Positions 1-9,416 are shown, counted from the stretch's first letter. The stretch: 11,253 nucleotides of DNA from Paraspadella gotoi (GCA_051294375.1 JBJCIZ010000860.1:1-11253), one strand, 5' to 3'. Program-made: numbers and translations. Notes: generated by a model not told the origin, from the sequence alone.

Positions 1-34
1 ACTTATCACTTAAAAAAAATCTTTCCCTTATATT

Positions 35-35
<1 letters not shown>

Positions 36-75
<40 letters not shown>

Positions 76-90
76 TCTCTCTCTCTCTCT
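36..90 (+). repeat. (CT)n microsatellite
   Basis: Near-perfect CT dinucleotide run read directly. Confidence 0.95.
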
Positions 91-183
91 TTCTGTCTTC
101 TTCTCATGCTCTTTTTCGCTTTTTTCTCACCAATTAAATGAAAATAAAAATCAGGAAAAAAGAAATTCCCGGGACAGAAACAA

Positions 184-191
184 AGAGAGAG

Positions 192-266
<75 letters not shown>
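184..266 (+). repeat. (GA)n microsatellite
   Basis: Near-perfect GA run, reverse-complementary to the (CT)n run at 36-90. Confidence 0.95.
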
Positions 267-269
267 TAA

Positions 270-611
270 AACAAGAACGGTATTCAAAGTTTTGCGCCGC
301 AGTGACTGCTTATTACGTATTTTCTCATGACATGACAGACTGAATACGTGATTGACTACTATAACTTTTCTTAGACCGTGTATTTTGACACGCACGTACG
401 GAATTTCGTCTTTTATTCTTTATATTTAGGATTTTCCTGAAGGTGGCGCTTGCAGTCCTTTAACTATATCAATTATGACATTTTAACGTAAGTGGACAGA
501 CCAACGGATCGACAGAACCGACGGATCGACAGACCGAAAACCGTCCGAACGACCGACCGAAAAGGTGAGTTATGGAGTTGCTCCGCGGAGTGCTCGCGGC
601 GCAACTAAAAA
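270..611 (-). mobile_element. Short non-autonomous Helentron/DINE-1-like (HINE-type) element, family A
   Basis: On the minus strand: T-run, then a hairpin (plus-strand arms AGTTGCTCCGCG 576-587 / CGCGGCGCAACT 595-606, 11/12 paired), then a degenerate (GGTC)n tract (~490-560). The other end has the matching subterminal inverted repeat (TTGCGCCGC 292-300 vs GCGGCGCAA 596-604) and finishes CTTGTT (AACAAG 270-275). Class assigned from architecture, not a database hit. Confidence 0.7.
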
Positions 612-739
612 AGGTTGGATAACTACATTTAGATGAAAGAAAGGATTGGAAGTGTTATGAGGTGGCACCGCAGTTTGGATATTGGAAACATAGAAGGAAA
701 AACCGGAAATTGAATTCATGGAAGCAAGAAATCAGAGTC

Positions 740-831
740 CTCTCTCTGCTCTCTCGCTCGGGCTCCTCTCTCCCTTGGCTTCTTGGCTCTCCCGTCTTTG
801 TTCCTCTTTCTCAGTATCTCTCTCATCTCTC

Positions 832-866
<35 letters not shown>

Positions 867-897
867 GGCTCTCTTCTCTCATTTCTCTCTCTCTTTC
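740..897 (+). repeat. Degenerate (CT)n microsatellite / pyrimidine tract
   Basis: CT-rich low-complexity run; explains the Leu/Ser ORFs at 662-1000. Confidence 0.9.
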
Positions 898-1449
898 TAC
901 TCCTCACATTTCAATATCTAATATCGTCTCCAAACCCAAAGGTCGGGTTCTCGCCCGGTATCGCTTGCAGTTAAGAGCGACGGGCGTTTATCCGCCGTAA
1001 CACGGTGGCCACTTTTTTCCATTGATGCCTTCTTTTACTCCGGCTCCTGATTAGCGGACAAAACTTGTACCTTTTGCTGCATCTTTTTCGCTATTTTTTG
1101 CTCTCACCGTTGCAACTGGCTTTCCTCATCGTCAATTATCGTCGTCGTTTCTGTCGATCTCGATCCTGACAATGAGTCACCCAGCAAGCCAGCATTTTTG
1201 TTGTTGTAAAAGTAGCGTAGGATTCGCTGCTCCGACAAACATCAAGGGGCTCGAAGAGCATGTTCGCCACGTTATTTTCTCATTAAAAAAGTTGGCCTTG
1301 GAGAAATCGTTTTTAGTCGGATCTGCTTATCAGCAGATCCCGACTCTAAAACTCACTTTTTCGTCGTCGTCCGCCCCCTCAATATTGTCGGGCACACACT
1401 TATATCATGTCAGAACATCGAATTATGATAAATTATGCAAAAAAAATGA

Positions 1450-1553
1450 GTCCGTCCGTCCTTCCGTCCGTCTTCCGTCGTCCGTCGTCCGTCCGCCGTC
1501 CGTCCGTCCGTCCGTCCGTCGTCCGTCGTCCGTCGTCCGTCCGTTCCGTCGTC
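1450..1553 (+). repeat. (CCGT)n/(CGT)n microsatellite of the family B element
   Basis: TCCGTCCGTC... read directly; this type of tract is typical next to the hairpin end of DINE-1/pearl-like elements. Confidence 0.92.
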
Positions 1554-1596
1554 CCACCTTAGCAAAAAACTCCAATTACCCGTGTTGGATGGATTG

Positions 1597-2050
1597 GATT
1601 GTATGAAATTTTGTGTGTGGGTAGAAACTGTGTGATTGAGATGGATATGAAGTTTCGAGGGAATGTGCGAGTGGAAATTGTTTAAATGGAAAAAACAAAA
1701 AAATATATTTCACTATTTGAACGCTCAATTTTGCTCATGAGTGGATAGTGCAATTGACTTGAAATTTTGTATGATGGTAGGAAAGTGTGTGATTGAGCCG
1801 GATATAAAGTTTCGATGGATCGTGCGGTGGAAATGAGTTAAATGGAAAAAACAAAAGTCATATTTACTTGAAGTATTTTTACTTAAATTTACTCATAATT
1901 ATTTGTTTATTAAAAATTGGATAGATAAATCGAAATTTGAATTTTGTGTGTGGGTAGGAAAGTATGTGATAAAGCTGGATAAAAATTTTTTGATGGAATC
2001 GTAGGAGTGGAAAACAGTTTCAAATTAGAAAACCAAACAACATTTATTTG
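1597..2050 (+). repeat. Three central tandem repeat units (~156-177 bp)
   Basis: Approximate consensus GAAATTTTGTGTGTGGGTAGGAAAGTGTGTGATTGAGCTGGATATAAAGTTTCGATGGAATCGTGCGAGTGGAAATGAGTTTAAATGGAAAAAACAA; GTAG anchors at 1621, 1777, 1954. Confidence 0.9.
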
Positions 2051-2081
2051 AATTTTTTAAAGTTTCTTCTCTCTTCTTCTC

Positions 2082-2082
<1 letters not shown>

Positions 2083-2120
<38 letters not shown>
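2083..2120 (+). repeat. (GATT)n microsatellite
   Basis: About 9 perfect GATT units. Confidence 0.95.
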
Positions 2121-2122
<2 letters not shown>

Positions 2123-2408
2123 GACCAAATTATGCTAATTGACAAATTATGCCGTTACCAAATTCTGAAAGTTAATCAAGTTTTGCAAGTTGACCAAAAT
2201 TATCCTGTTGACCAAATTAGGCTAGTTGATAAAATTATAGGCAGTTTAACCAATTATGCCGGTTGACCAAATTATCTTAATTGATCAATTATGTGAGTTG
2301 ACCAAATTATGTCAGTTGACAAATTATGTCAGTAGACAATTATGTCATTAACCAAATTATGTCGTTGACCAAGATTATGCAAGTGATTACAATTATGCAA
2401 GTTGACCA
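2121..2408 (+). repeat. ~18-bp minisatellite, about 16 degenerate copies
   Basis: Recurring GTTGACCAAATTATG(T/C)(C/A)A, head to tail without unique spacers. Confidence 0.9.
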
Positions 2409-2434
2409 GATAGCTTATTACACTTAATTATCGA

Positions 2435-2545
2435 TTGACCTGGATTTTGTATGTGAGAGAAAAGTGTGTGATTGAACAGGAAACCAAGTTTCGATGGAAT
2501 CTTTTGAGTGGAAATGAGTTTAAATGGAAAAAAAAACAAAAAACC
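2435..2545 (+). repeat. Fourth central repeat unit of family B
   Basis: GGATTTTGTATGTGAGAGAAAAGTGTGTGATTGAACAGGAAACCAAGTTTCGATGGAATC...AGTGGAAATGAGTTTAAATGGAAAAA matches the consensus. Confidence 0.88.
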
Positions 2546-3669
2546 TGTTACCTAATTGATTATGCTTCTTTTTCCTTTTATATTAAATTGTATATGCAGG
2601 ATGTATTAATAGTCAAATAATTAATCAGTTAATTAATCAATTAGTTCAATTAATTAATCAATAATAATTAATCAGTCAATCAATCCGTCATCCGTCCCAT
2701 TAGAAAAACTCAATAACTCGTGATTGGCTGGTTGATTGAAATGAAATTTGTGTGTGGGTAGTAGCGCGGAGCATAAATCAAGATATTATATATGACCTCT
2801 TGTGCCCCCCTTAATTTTTTGTATTTGATATAATACAAGCCCAAGATAAAAAAAAAAAATGAAATTCGCTCGCTCAATTTCCCGTTCTATCGATTTTATA
2901 AACAATTTGATGCAAAAAATTGTAAAAAAATAGAAAATTTGATTCAAAGAAAGCTGATTAAGTTCATTTTTTTAGTGAAATAGAGCTAAAACAAAAAATT
3001 AAACTCCGTTTTCACCATAAAAAAAAAAAAAATATGTTATATAAATATTGAGTGATTCGAAGATAAGTATTTTCATAAAAAATTGTTAAAATTAAGCAAA
3101 ATGGAAAATAAGTACCAAGCCACATAACGCAGTCAATATCCTTTTTAAGCTTATAAAGCTTTTAGTAGCTACATTAAACTTTATACAGCTTATAATAAGC
3201 TTTACTAAAAACAATATAATGACTTACCATAGCCTTACCCATTACACTCTCCCTCCCTTCCGCTAGATCACCTCTCGGGCGATCTGTCTTCTTTTTTATC
3301 AAAATGAAAAAAAAATTCTCATAAAAGATTAGTAAGATTCGGTTTTAAATAAGAACTACTCTGTTAATATTGGTACAATTCATTAATAACCATAATAATA
3401 ATATATAATAATAATAATAACTATTACAATTTGTTCAGAAAAAGTTAAGTAGATCAGTAAGATGTTTTGCACATCATAAACCTCTATCAATTAACATTTT
3501 GTTGCTCATTTTAGTCTGTTATACAAGGATGTTAATTTCTTACAATAAATAAATATAATCCTAAAATGTATTGACACTTCGCGCGCGGCTGTGTGGCATG
3601 CGCCATAGGCGAGAAAAAGGGCTCAACGTAGACTACGCTTTGTTGGAAGCTTTATCTCGTTCTGATTCA

Positions 3670-3733
3670 CTCTCTCTCTCTCTTCTCTCTCTCTCTCTTT
3701 TCTCTCTCTTGGAGTCTCTCACTCTCTCTCTCT
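3670..3733 (+). repeat. Degenerate (CT)n microsatellite
   Basis: CT run; source of the RE-repeat ORF 3633-3863. Confidence 0.88.
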
Positions 3734-4516
3734 GAAGAGAACTTCTGTCCTCCAACGCTTGGGGTTCCGGGCTGTTTGAAGAGTCGCTCGTCCAAAAAAA
3801 TTGGTCTTTGACAAGACGTCTCGGTGACTTCTTCTCCACTGAGTTAAAAACGAGATTTCTCAAAGTCTAAATGTTATTCCGGTGCACAGAAGTAGGCAAA
3901 ATACGTGCCAATAACGTGACAAAATAAGTCGCGAACAAACCCCATTAAAATATACGGTTTTCGGCCCGCACGCAGCAACGACTTTCCGAAGAGTGGTTTT
4001 AAATGACACTGAAAAGCCGATCATAAAACTATAAAAGTAACGTTCAAAAACGAACACGTTATAAACGGGCCGCAGATTGATTTGAGAGAAAAAGTGCACC
4101 CTAAAAAATTCGATACCGAAAAACGAGCGCGAATTTCCCTTCACTCTCTCTCTCTTCTCAACTTTAAACTTCCAATTTTTGTAATTAAAAACTTACAAAT
4201 ATCGCACTGATGGAAAAAACGAAATGACGTCTCAAAACATGTCTGCAAATAATAAATAAATTCGTTGTGAAAAACTTCCGAACTTTTATTCTAAAAATCT
4301 TTTTTACCAACGAAATAAAAGAAAAACCAACAGATTATGAAGACGAAAAAGAAGCGGTGAACTCGGGAATATCCGATTGTTTTTTATGTAAACATTGTTT
4401 ACGAGTCAGGGGCTACTGCCTCTGACGTCGGAACTTTTTATCTCATAACGTTTTTATTATATAATAAACAAGTGTTTGGAAACTTGATCGTGCCATATTT
4501 TAAAGTGAGTAAGAAA

Positions 4517-5297
4517 GTGGGGCCACCTCAAACGTAACAATGTTATCTTTATTCTTCAATTCAATTGTCTTCGCCGTTAAAACGATCTCGAGACAAGACC
4601 AGTTATACCCTTTGTCAGGTTCATGGTTATCGGTTGTGTTAAATGACATAACTCGGCCAAAATTTGGCTTAAGTTTGATAATTGCTATCGTTTTTATTTT
4701 TTCATGACATTTTTTGTTATCTTTTTAGCTTAAAAATTATTTTCTAAATGCTTTTTATTTACATAATAAAGTTTTGGGACTCTTACATATTTAGATACTC
4801 ATTTCCCATTTAAAATTGTTAATGCATCAAACAGATCATTCGTAACTAGCATGGATAACTACCAAACATTTGTGTAGCCCCACTTGCGTGGCTTTTTGAA
4901 AAGGGTTCACGCATCCCCGTGACAAGCGAGCTGCTTAGGCCTTGCGCGCCCAAAGAGCCGCGCTATATGGAAAATGGAGAATGGAGATTAAGCAAACACT
5001 CTGATCTTGGAATAAGCTTTTTCACTTTACTTAATTTTACTCTGTTTTATATCAGTTTTACGTTTTTTGACACTCTTGCTTTAAAAGTGCTTTTGTTTCA
5101 TGCTCTTTGTTTTTATTCCTTTTATAATTTTTCAAATAAATAAGAGAGAGTTTTTAATATTTACAAATATAAATTTGCGCTAAATATTAAAAATACCTTT
5201 ATAACTTCTGTTTTATCTTAAACTCAATACAAATGAAGAAAGAAAAGAATATCAGACTTGACTTAAAGGCAACAATTAGTCTGAGGTAGCCACCGTG
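4517..5297. mobile_element. Possible ~780 bp MITE-like element with short degenerate TIRs nested in the foldback
   Basis: Left GTGGGGCCACCTCAAACGTAACAATGTTATCTTTA vs reverse complement of right end CACGGTGGCTACCTCAGACTAATTGTTGCCTTTA. No TSD identified and the left terminal CAC is missing. Confidence 0.38.
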
Positions 5298-5978
5298 CGG
5301 TGAAATGCCTGATGCCTTTTATATCATAACAACACCTTTCTTAATAATTTATTTTTAATTTTGTTTATAAAAGTTTTAAACACCATTTGAAATAAATACA
5401 CAGATTCCATAAATTTATTAGTTTTCTAATCACCTTAGATTGATATATTTCGCTATTATTTTTTGTGGTTCAAAAAAATGAAAAAAACTTTAATATTAAT
5501 AGATAAATAACTTCTTTACAAATGAAAACAGTGATATATCTCCTTATTTCATATATATTGATTTAAACTATTTTGATTGACACCATCTTTCCTATATATT
5601 TTCGTATTTTGTGGGGTATCTTTTCCCAAAAAATACATTTTTTAAATCAATATTTAAAACATTACTTTTAATACATGTTTTTTATATTCTATATAGTTGA
5701 AAAGCAGTTTTTAAATACTTGGATTTAGCTATTTTTATTAAAAAATTAATAATACTAACTCACTTTTATTTTATTTTTTAAACTTTGCTATTTTTTCCGA
5801 TTTTTTGCATCTTATCCGCATGTATAAAATGATAGAACGGGGAAATTGGCCTAGCCGACATTTATTTAATTTTTTGATCTTAGCGGAATAGTTCTTACAT
5901 GCGTGTCTTCACAAAATTAGGAGGGCACCAAAGATGTCCTTTATTATTTCTTTATTTATACCTCTCGAACGCTAGTGC

Positions 5979-6430
5979 GGTAGGAAGTGTGTCGATAAAG
6001 CTGGAATATAAAGTTTCGACCGGAATCGTGTGAGTGGAAATGAGTTTAAAGGGGAAAAAAACATAACTTCGCATTTACTAAATCTATTTTACTTATTTAA
6101 CCAATAAGTACTGCTAATTAATCATAATTGGCATGCGATAGATTGGAGTTCAATTTTTTGTGTGGGTAGAAAAATGATCTGTCTATACGATGCTTGATAT
6201 AAAGTTTCGGTGGAAACGTACGAGCTGGGTAAATGAGTTAAATGAAAAAAATATGAGATCCATTTTACTGAATATTTTACTTATTTACCCATAAATAGAT
6301 TGAGATGAAATTTTGTGAGCGGGTAGGAAAGGTGTGTGCAAAAAGCTAGATACTAAAGTTTTGACGGAATTGTAGCCAGTGGACAATGAGTTTTAATGAA
6401 AAAAAAAATAAGTCACATTTTACTTGAAGC
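5979..6430 (+). repeat. Continuation of family B central repeats (rest of the interrupted unit + two more)
   Basis: GTAG anchors at 5980, 6166, 6323 with the same AAGTTT...GGAA...AATGAGTT...AAAAA body. Confidence 0.88.
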
Positions 6431-6463
6431 AGAAAAATGATACAAGTTAAAAAATAATCCTAA

Positions 6464-6680
6464 AAAGCATTAAGGATCGTCGCAATTTGCAAAGAAGAGA
6501 GAGAGAGAAGCAGAGACCGAGAGATGGAGAAGAGAGACGAGAGAGCAGAGAGCCAGTTAAAATGTAGCATAAGGCACGGTCGCAATTTCAACAGAGAGAG
6601 AGAGAGAGAGGGAGACGAGAGACAGCAGAGAAAGAGAGGAGAAAGAATTATGATTCTTAGAAAGAGAGGAGAGTCCGAGA
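6464..6680 (+). repeat. Two copies of a GCATAA(A/G)GATCGTCGCAATT + (GA)n module; third copy at ~7165-7265
   Basis: AGCATTAAGGATCGTCGCAATTTGC (~6467), AGCATAAGGCACGGTCGCAATTTC (~6566), AGCATAAAGATCGTCGCAATTGC (~7168), each followed by a GA tract. Confidence 0.8.
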
Positions 6681-7589
6681 TAAAATTAGCGAAGTAAAAA
6701 AGTTGTTATTTATTACTCACTTGAATAAAAAATACTTTAAAATACTTACACAAATACATCAAAATGATAAATTATTATTCCAGATAACAATGTTTATATC
6801 ACATGCAATATACTCTCAGTAAGGCCTAATATCTAAGTATAGGCGGGCCAAAATGAACACTTTTCGTATGAACTTCTAGTTTCTCTTATAAATTTTTTTT
6901 TCTTTTACTACTAAATCGATTTTCAATATAACTTTTTGAATTAGTTCACTTGGGTGTCTGCACGAAGCTTTAATATTTATTAATATATATAATATATTAA
7001 AAGTATTGACGATTGGTGCAGGGGAAATGACGATTTAGATGGAAAAAACATAAGTCACATTTACTTGAATCTTTAATTTAAGATTGATTAATAAATGTTT
7101 TAATTAATTAATGAATTAATTTAATTAATTAATGTTGAAAAATATGCAAGGAAAAAACATCTGAAAAAGCATAAAGATCGTCGCAATTGCAGAAAAAGAC
7201 GATTGCAGAGACGAGAGAGAGAGAGAGAGATGAGAGAGAAGAGAGAAGAGAGAGAGAGAAGGAGACATAAAAATAAATTAGAGAAATATTTGTTTGTTTT
7301 GATCAAAATGTAAAACAAAACATATTTAATAACCTGTCCTACCCAATTTTAAGGACATCGATGATGATAGTTGAATATAAATTAAATAATTATTACTATT
7401 AAAATTAATTACATTACATTAATTAATCGATCTAATTAATTAATTAATTAAGTATCTAGGCAGATCTGACATTGTTTGCTCAAACCTTGTTAAAAAGAAA
7501 AGTTCGTCCTGCTTAAACCAGAATTGAAAAAGGCTGTCAGGTGGGTTTAATGCTTTGACGTAAGAGAAAAGATTATGAACAACGAAAAT

Positions 7590-8373
7590 TGTCAAGACTG
7601 AATAAGATAAGAAATATGAATAGATCGAATAAGGGACTGAAATTGAATAAGCATTGAATAAGATAAGAAATAATGAACTTAAGATCGAATAAGACTGAAT
7701 GACAAAGACTGAATAAGATTAAGAATAATGATAGATTAAAGATTGAATTGAAGACTGAATCATAAAGAAATAATAAGACTGAATAAGATAATTGAATAAA
7801 TGAATAGTAATAATGAATTAAGTTGAAAAGTGAATGAACAGATGACATAGCATTAACTAATGAATAAAACTGAATATTAAAGACTGATAAGATTAAATAT
7901 GAATAAGATTGAATAAGACTTGGAATTGAATAAGACTGAAATAGATTAAGAATAATGAATAAGATTGAATAAGACTGAATTGAGATAATAAATAGCAGTA
8001 GAATAGAGAATGCTAATTGAAATAGATAAATGCATAAAAGATAATGAATGTGAATACAGACTGAATTGAATAAGACTGAATAAATTAAAGAGATAATGAA
8101 TAAGATTGAAATAAGACTGAATTGAATAAGACTGAAATAAGATTAAGAGATAAATGAATAAGATGAATAAGACTGAATTGCATAAGACTGAATAAGGATT
8201 AAGAGATAATGAATAAAGATTGAATAAGACTGAATTGAATAGACCTGATAAGATTAAGAGATAATGAATAAGATTGAATAAGACTGAATTGAATAGACTG
8301 AAATAAGATTAAGAGATAAGAATAGATGATAAGACTGAATTGAATAAGACTGAATAAGATTAAGAGATACTGA
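7590..8373 (+). repeat. ~55-bp higher-order satellite built from 10-bp GAATAAGA(C/T)T monomers, about 14 copies
   Basis: Consensus GAATAAGACT-GAATT-GAATAAGACT-GAATAAGATT-AAGAGATAAT-GAATAAGATT; cleanest at 8100-8370. Confidence 0.93.
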
Positions 8374-8635
8374 ATTATTTTAATTTAAAACTGTGTCTGC
8401 CTCATCACCAGAGGAGACGACGACAATATTTTTAGAGGCTACATGTTATGATAAATATTCTACCACATATCATGAGATTAGTACGACAAACATAAAATTA
8501 TTCATTCAGTCAATAAATAAGCTATCTTACCCTGACTTTGGACAGACTATGGTGAGTAAACGACTCGGTGCACATCACTTAGTCATTAATAAAGTAGTTT
8601 CATACATTTCCCTATCATTATTGTCATATTAAGAA

Positions 8636-8785
8636 AAAAAAAGCAATAACAAATTTGAGCAAACAATACCGTATCTGCCCACGATCATTAGCGGTAATTA
8701 ATTAAAAAAATAGCAGTAATTTTTATTAATTAAATAATTAATTAATCAGATCTAGCATTGTTTGCTCAATCTTGTTTGCTTTTAT
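8636..8785. repeat. Inverted pair of family B right (3') ends
   Basis: AAAAGCAATAACAAATTTGAGCAAACAATACCGTATCTG (~8639-8677) vs CAGATCTAGCATTGTTTGCTCAATCTTGTTTGCTTTT (8747-8783); both match 7460-7491. Confidence 0.8.
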
Positions 8786-9180
8786 TTTTTTTTGTCACTG
8801 ACAACGACAAAAAAACGACAATGTTGGCAACGGCAACGATTAGTTGATTGGTTGATTGATTGATAGATGGAATAATTAATTGATTAATTAATTAATTGAT
8901 TAATTGAATAATTATTTGATCAATTATGTATCTTGCTTTTATATTTAAGTTTGTTTTTATTTTAAACTCATTTCCACTCAGACGATTCCATCGAAACTTG
9001 ATTTCTCGCTCAATCACAAAATTTACTACCCACACAAAAAATTTCAAGTCAATCGCCCAATCCACTCATGAGTAATTGGCATTCAAAGATAAGGGGGATG
9101 GACAGATGGACGGACCTGATCTAAGTGAATTATAGAGCCGGGATCTGATGTAAGCAGCAAGCAGATCCCGCTCAAACTTG
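8648..9180 (-). mobile_element. Short inverted copy of the family B element
   Basis: Minus strand: GCGGGATCTGCTT...CAGATCCCGGCTCTATAATTCACTT hairpin end (~9124-9172), GTCCGTCCATCTGTCCATCC tract, one central repeat (~8945-9060), AT spacer + (CAAT)n homologous to 2590-2685, and a right end GCAGATACGGTATTGTTTGCTCAAATTTGTT at 8678-8648. Confidence 0.7.
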
Positions 9181-9416
9181 TTCTCCAAGAAAACCAATAA
9201 AAAGCAAGAGATCCCAGTAATTATTGCCCTTTTTTCAAATGGAATTTTGAATTGTTTTTCTTGGAAGACTGCTTAATAGGTAGGAAAAAAATATATTAAA
9301 AATATATTATTGGACAAAAGATAACAAATAACTTGTTATAATTTTTCAAAACTTTAGTATAATAATCATGAATTTTCTCAAATTTATATTTTTAAATGAA
9401 ATTCGTTTATAAAGAT

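Larger units (their letters stand above)
2761..5977. mobile_element. ~3.2 kb non-autonomous DNA transposon/foldback with long imperfect TIRs, inserted in a central repeat unit
   Basis: 2761-~3050 aligns with the reverse complement of ~5650-5977 (e.g. GTGCCCCCCTTAATTTT vs GTGCCCTCCTAATTTT; CAATTTCCCGTTCTATCGATTTTATA vs CAATTTCCCCGTTCTATCATTTTATA; GATGCAAAAAAT shared). The host unit breaks at TGTGTGGGTA (2760) and resumes GGTAGGAAGTGTGT (5979), duplicating GGTA. No transposase ORF seen. Confidence 0.8.
1310..7491 (+). mobile_element. Composite non-autonomous Helentron/DINE-1/pearl-like element, family B, with central tandem repeats and nested insertions
   Basis: Left end TTTTT-AGTCGGATCTGCT-tatc-AGCAGATCCCGACT hairpin (1315-1345), (CCGT)n at 1450-1553, then ~156-186 bp central repeats. 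Right end GCAGATCTGAC (7460-7470, inverse of GTCGGATCTGC with 1 mismatch) + GTTTG-ct-CAAAC mini-palindrome + CTTGTT (7486-7491). May be two joined copies, since the post-microsatellite sequence restarts at ~2680. Confidence 0.62.

Noticed and set aside
6-1000. ORFs 6-395(-), 662-1000, 718-921, 783-974
   Set aside because: LS/RE dipeptide runs are translations of CT/GA microsatellites; no domain features.
1172-1606. 144-aa ORF
   Set aside because: Runs through the element's hairpin and (CCGT)n tract (SVRP repeats); no Rep, helicase or transposase motifs.
2121-2408. CRISPR-like appearance of the 18-bp repeats
   Set aside because: Head-to-tail units without unique spacers, no cas genes, and a eukaryotic spliced-gene context.
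3633-5143. ORFs 3633-3863(-), 3860-4144(-), 4919-5143(+) as transposase
   Set aside because: Short, non-ATG starts or microsatellite-derived, with no recognisable DDE or DNA-binding motifs.
7573-8373. ORF 7573-7848(-), and a CRISPR or telomere reading of the satellite
   Set aside because: The ORF is translated satellite; there are no spacers and no G-rich telomeric unit.
8393-8632. 79-aa ORF (likewise 2435-2620, 7121-7318, 10978-11163)
   Set aside because: Non-ATG or low-complexity frames with no motif or splice support.
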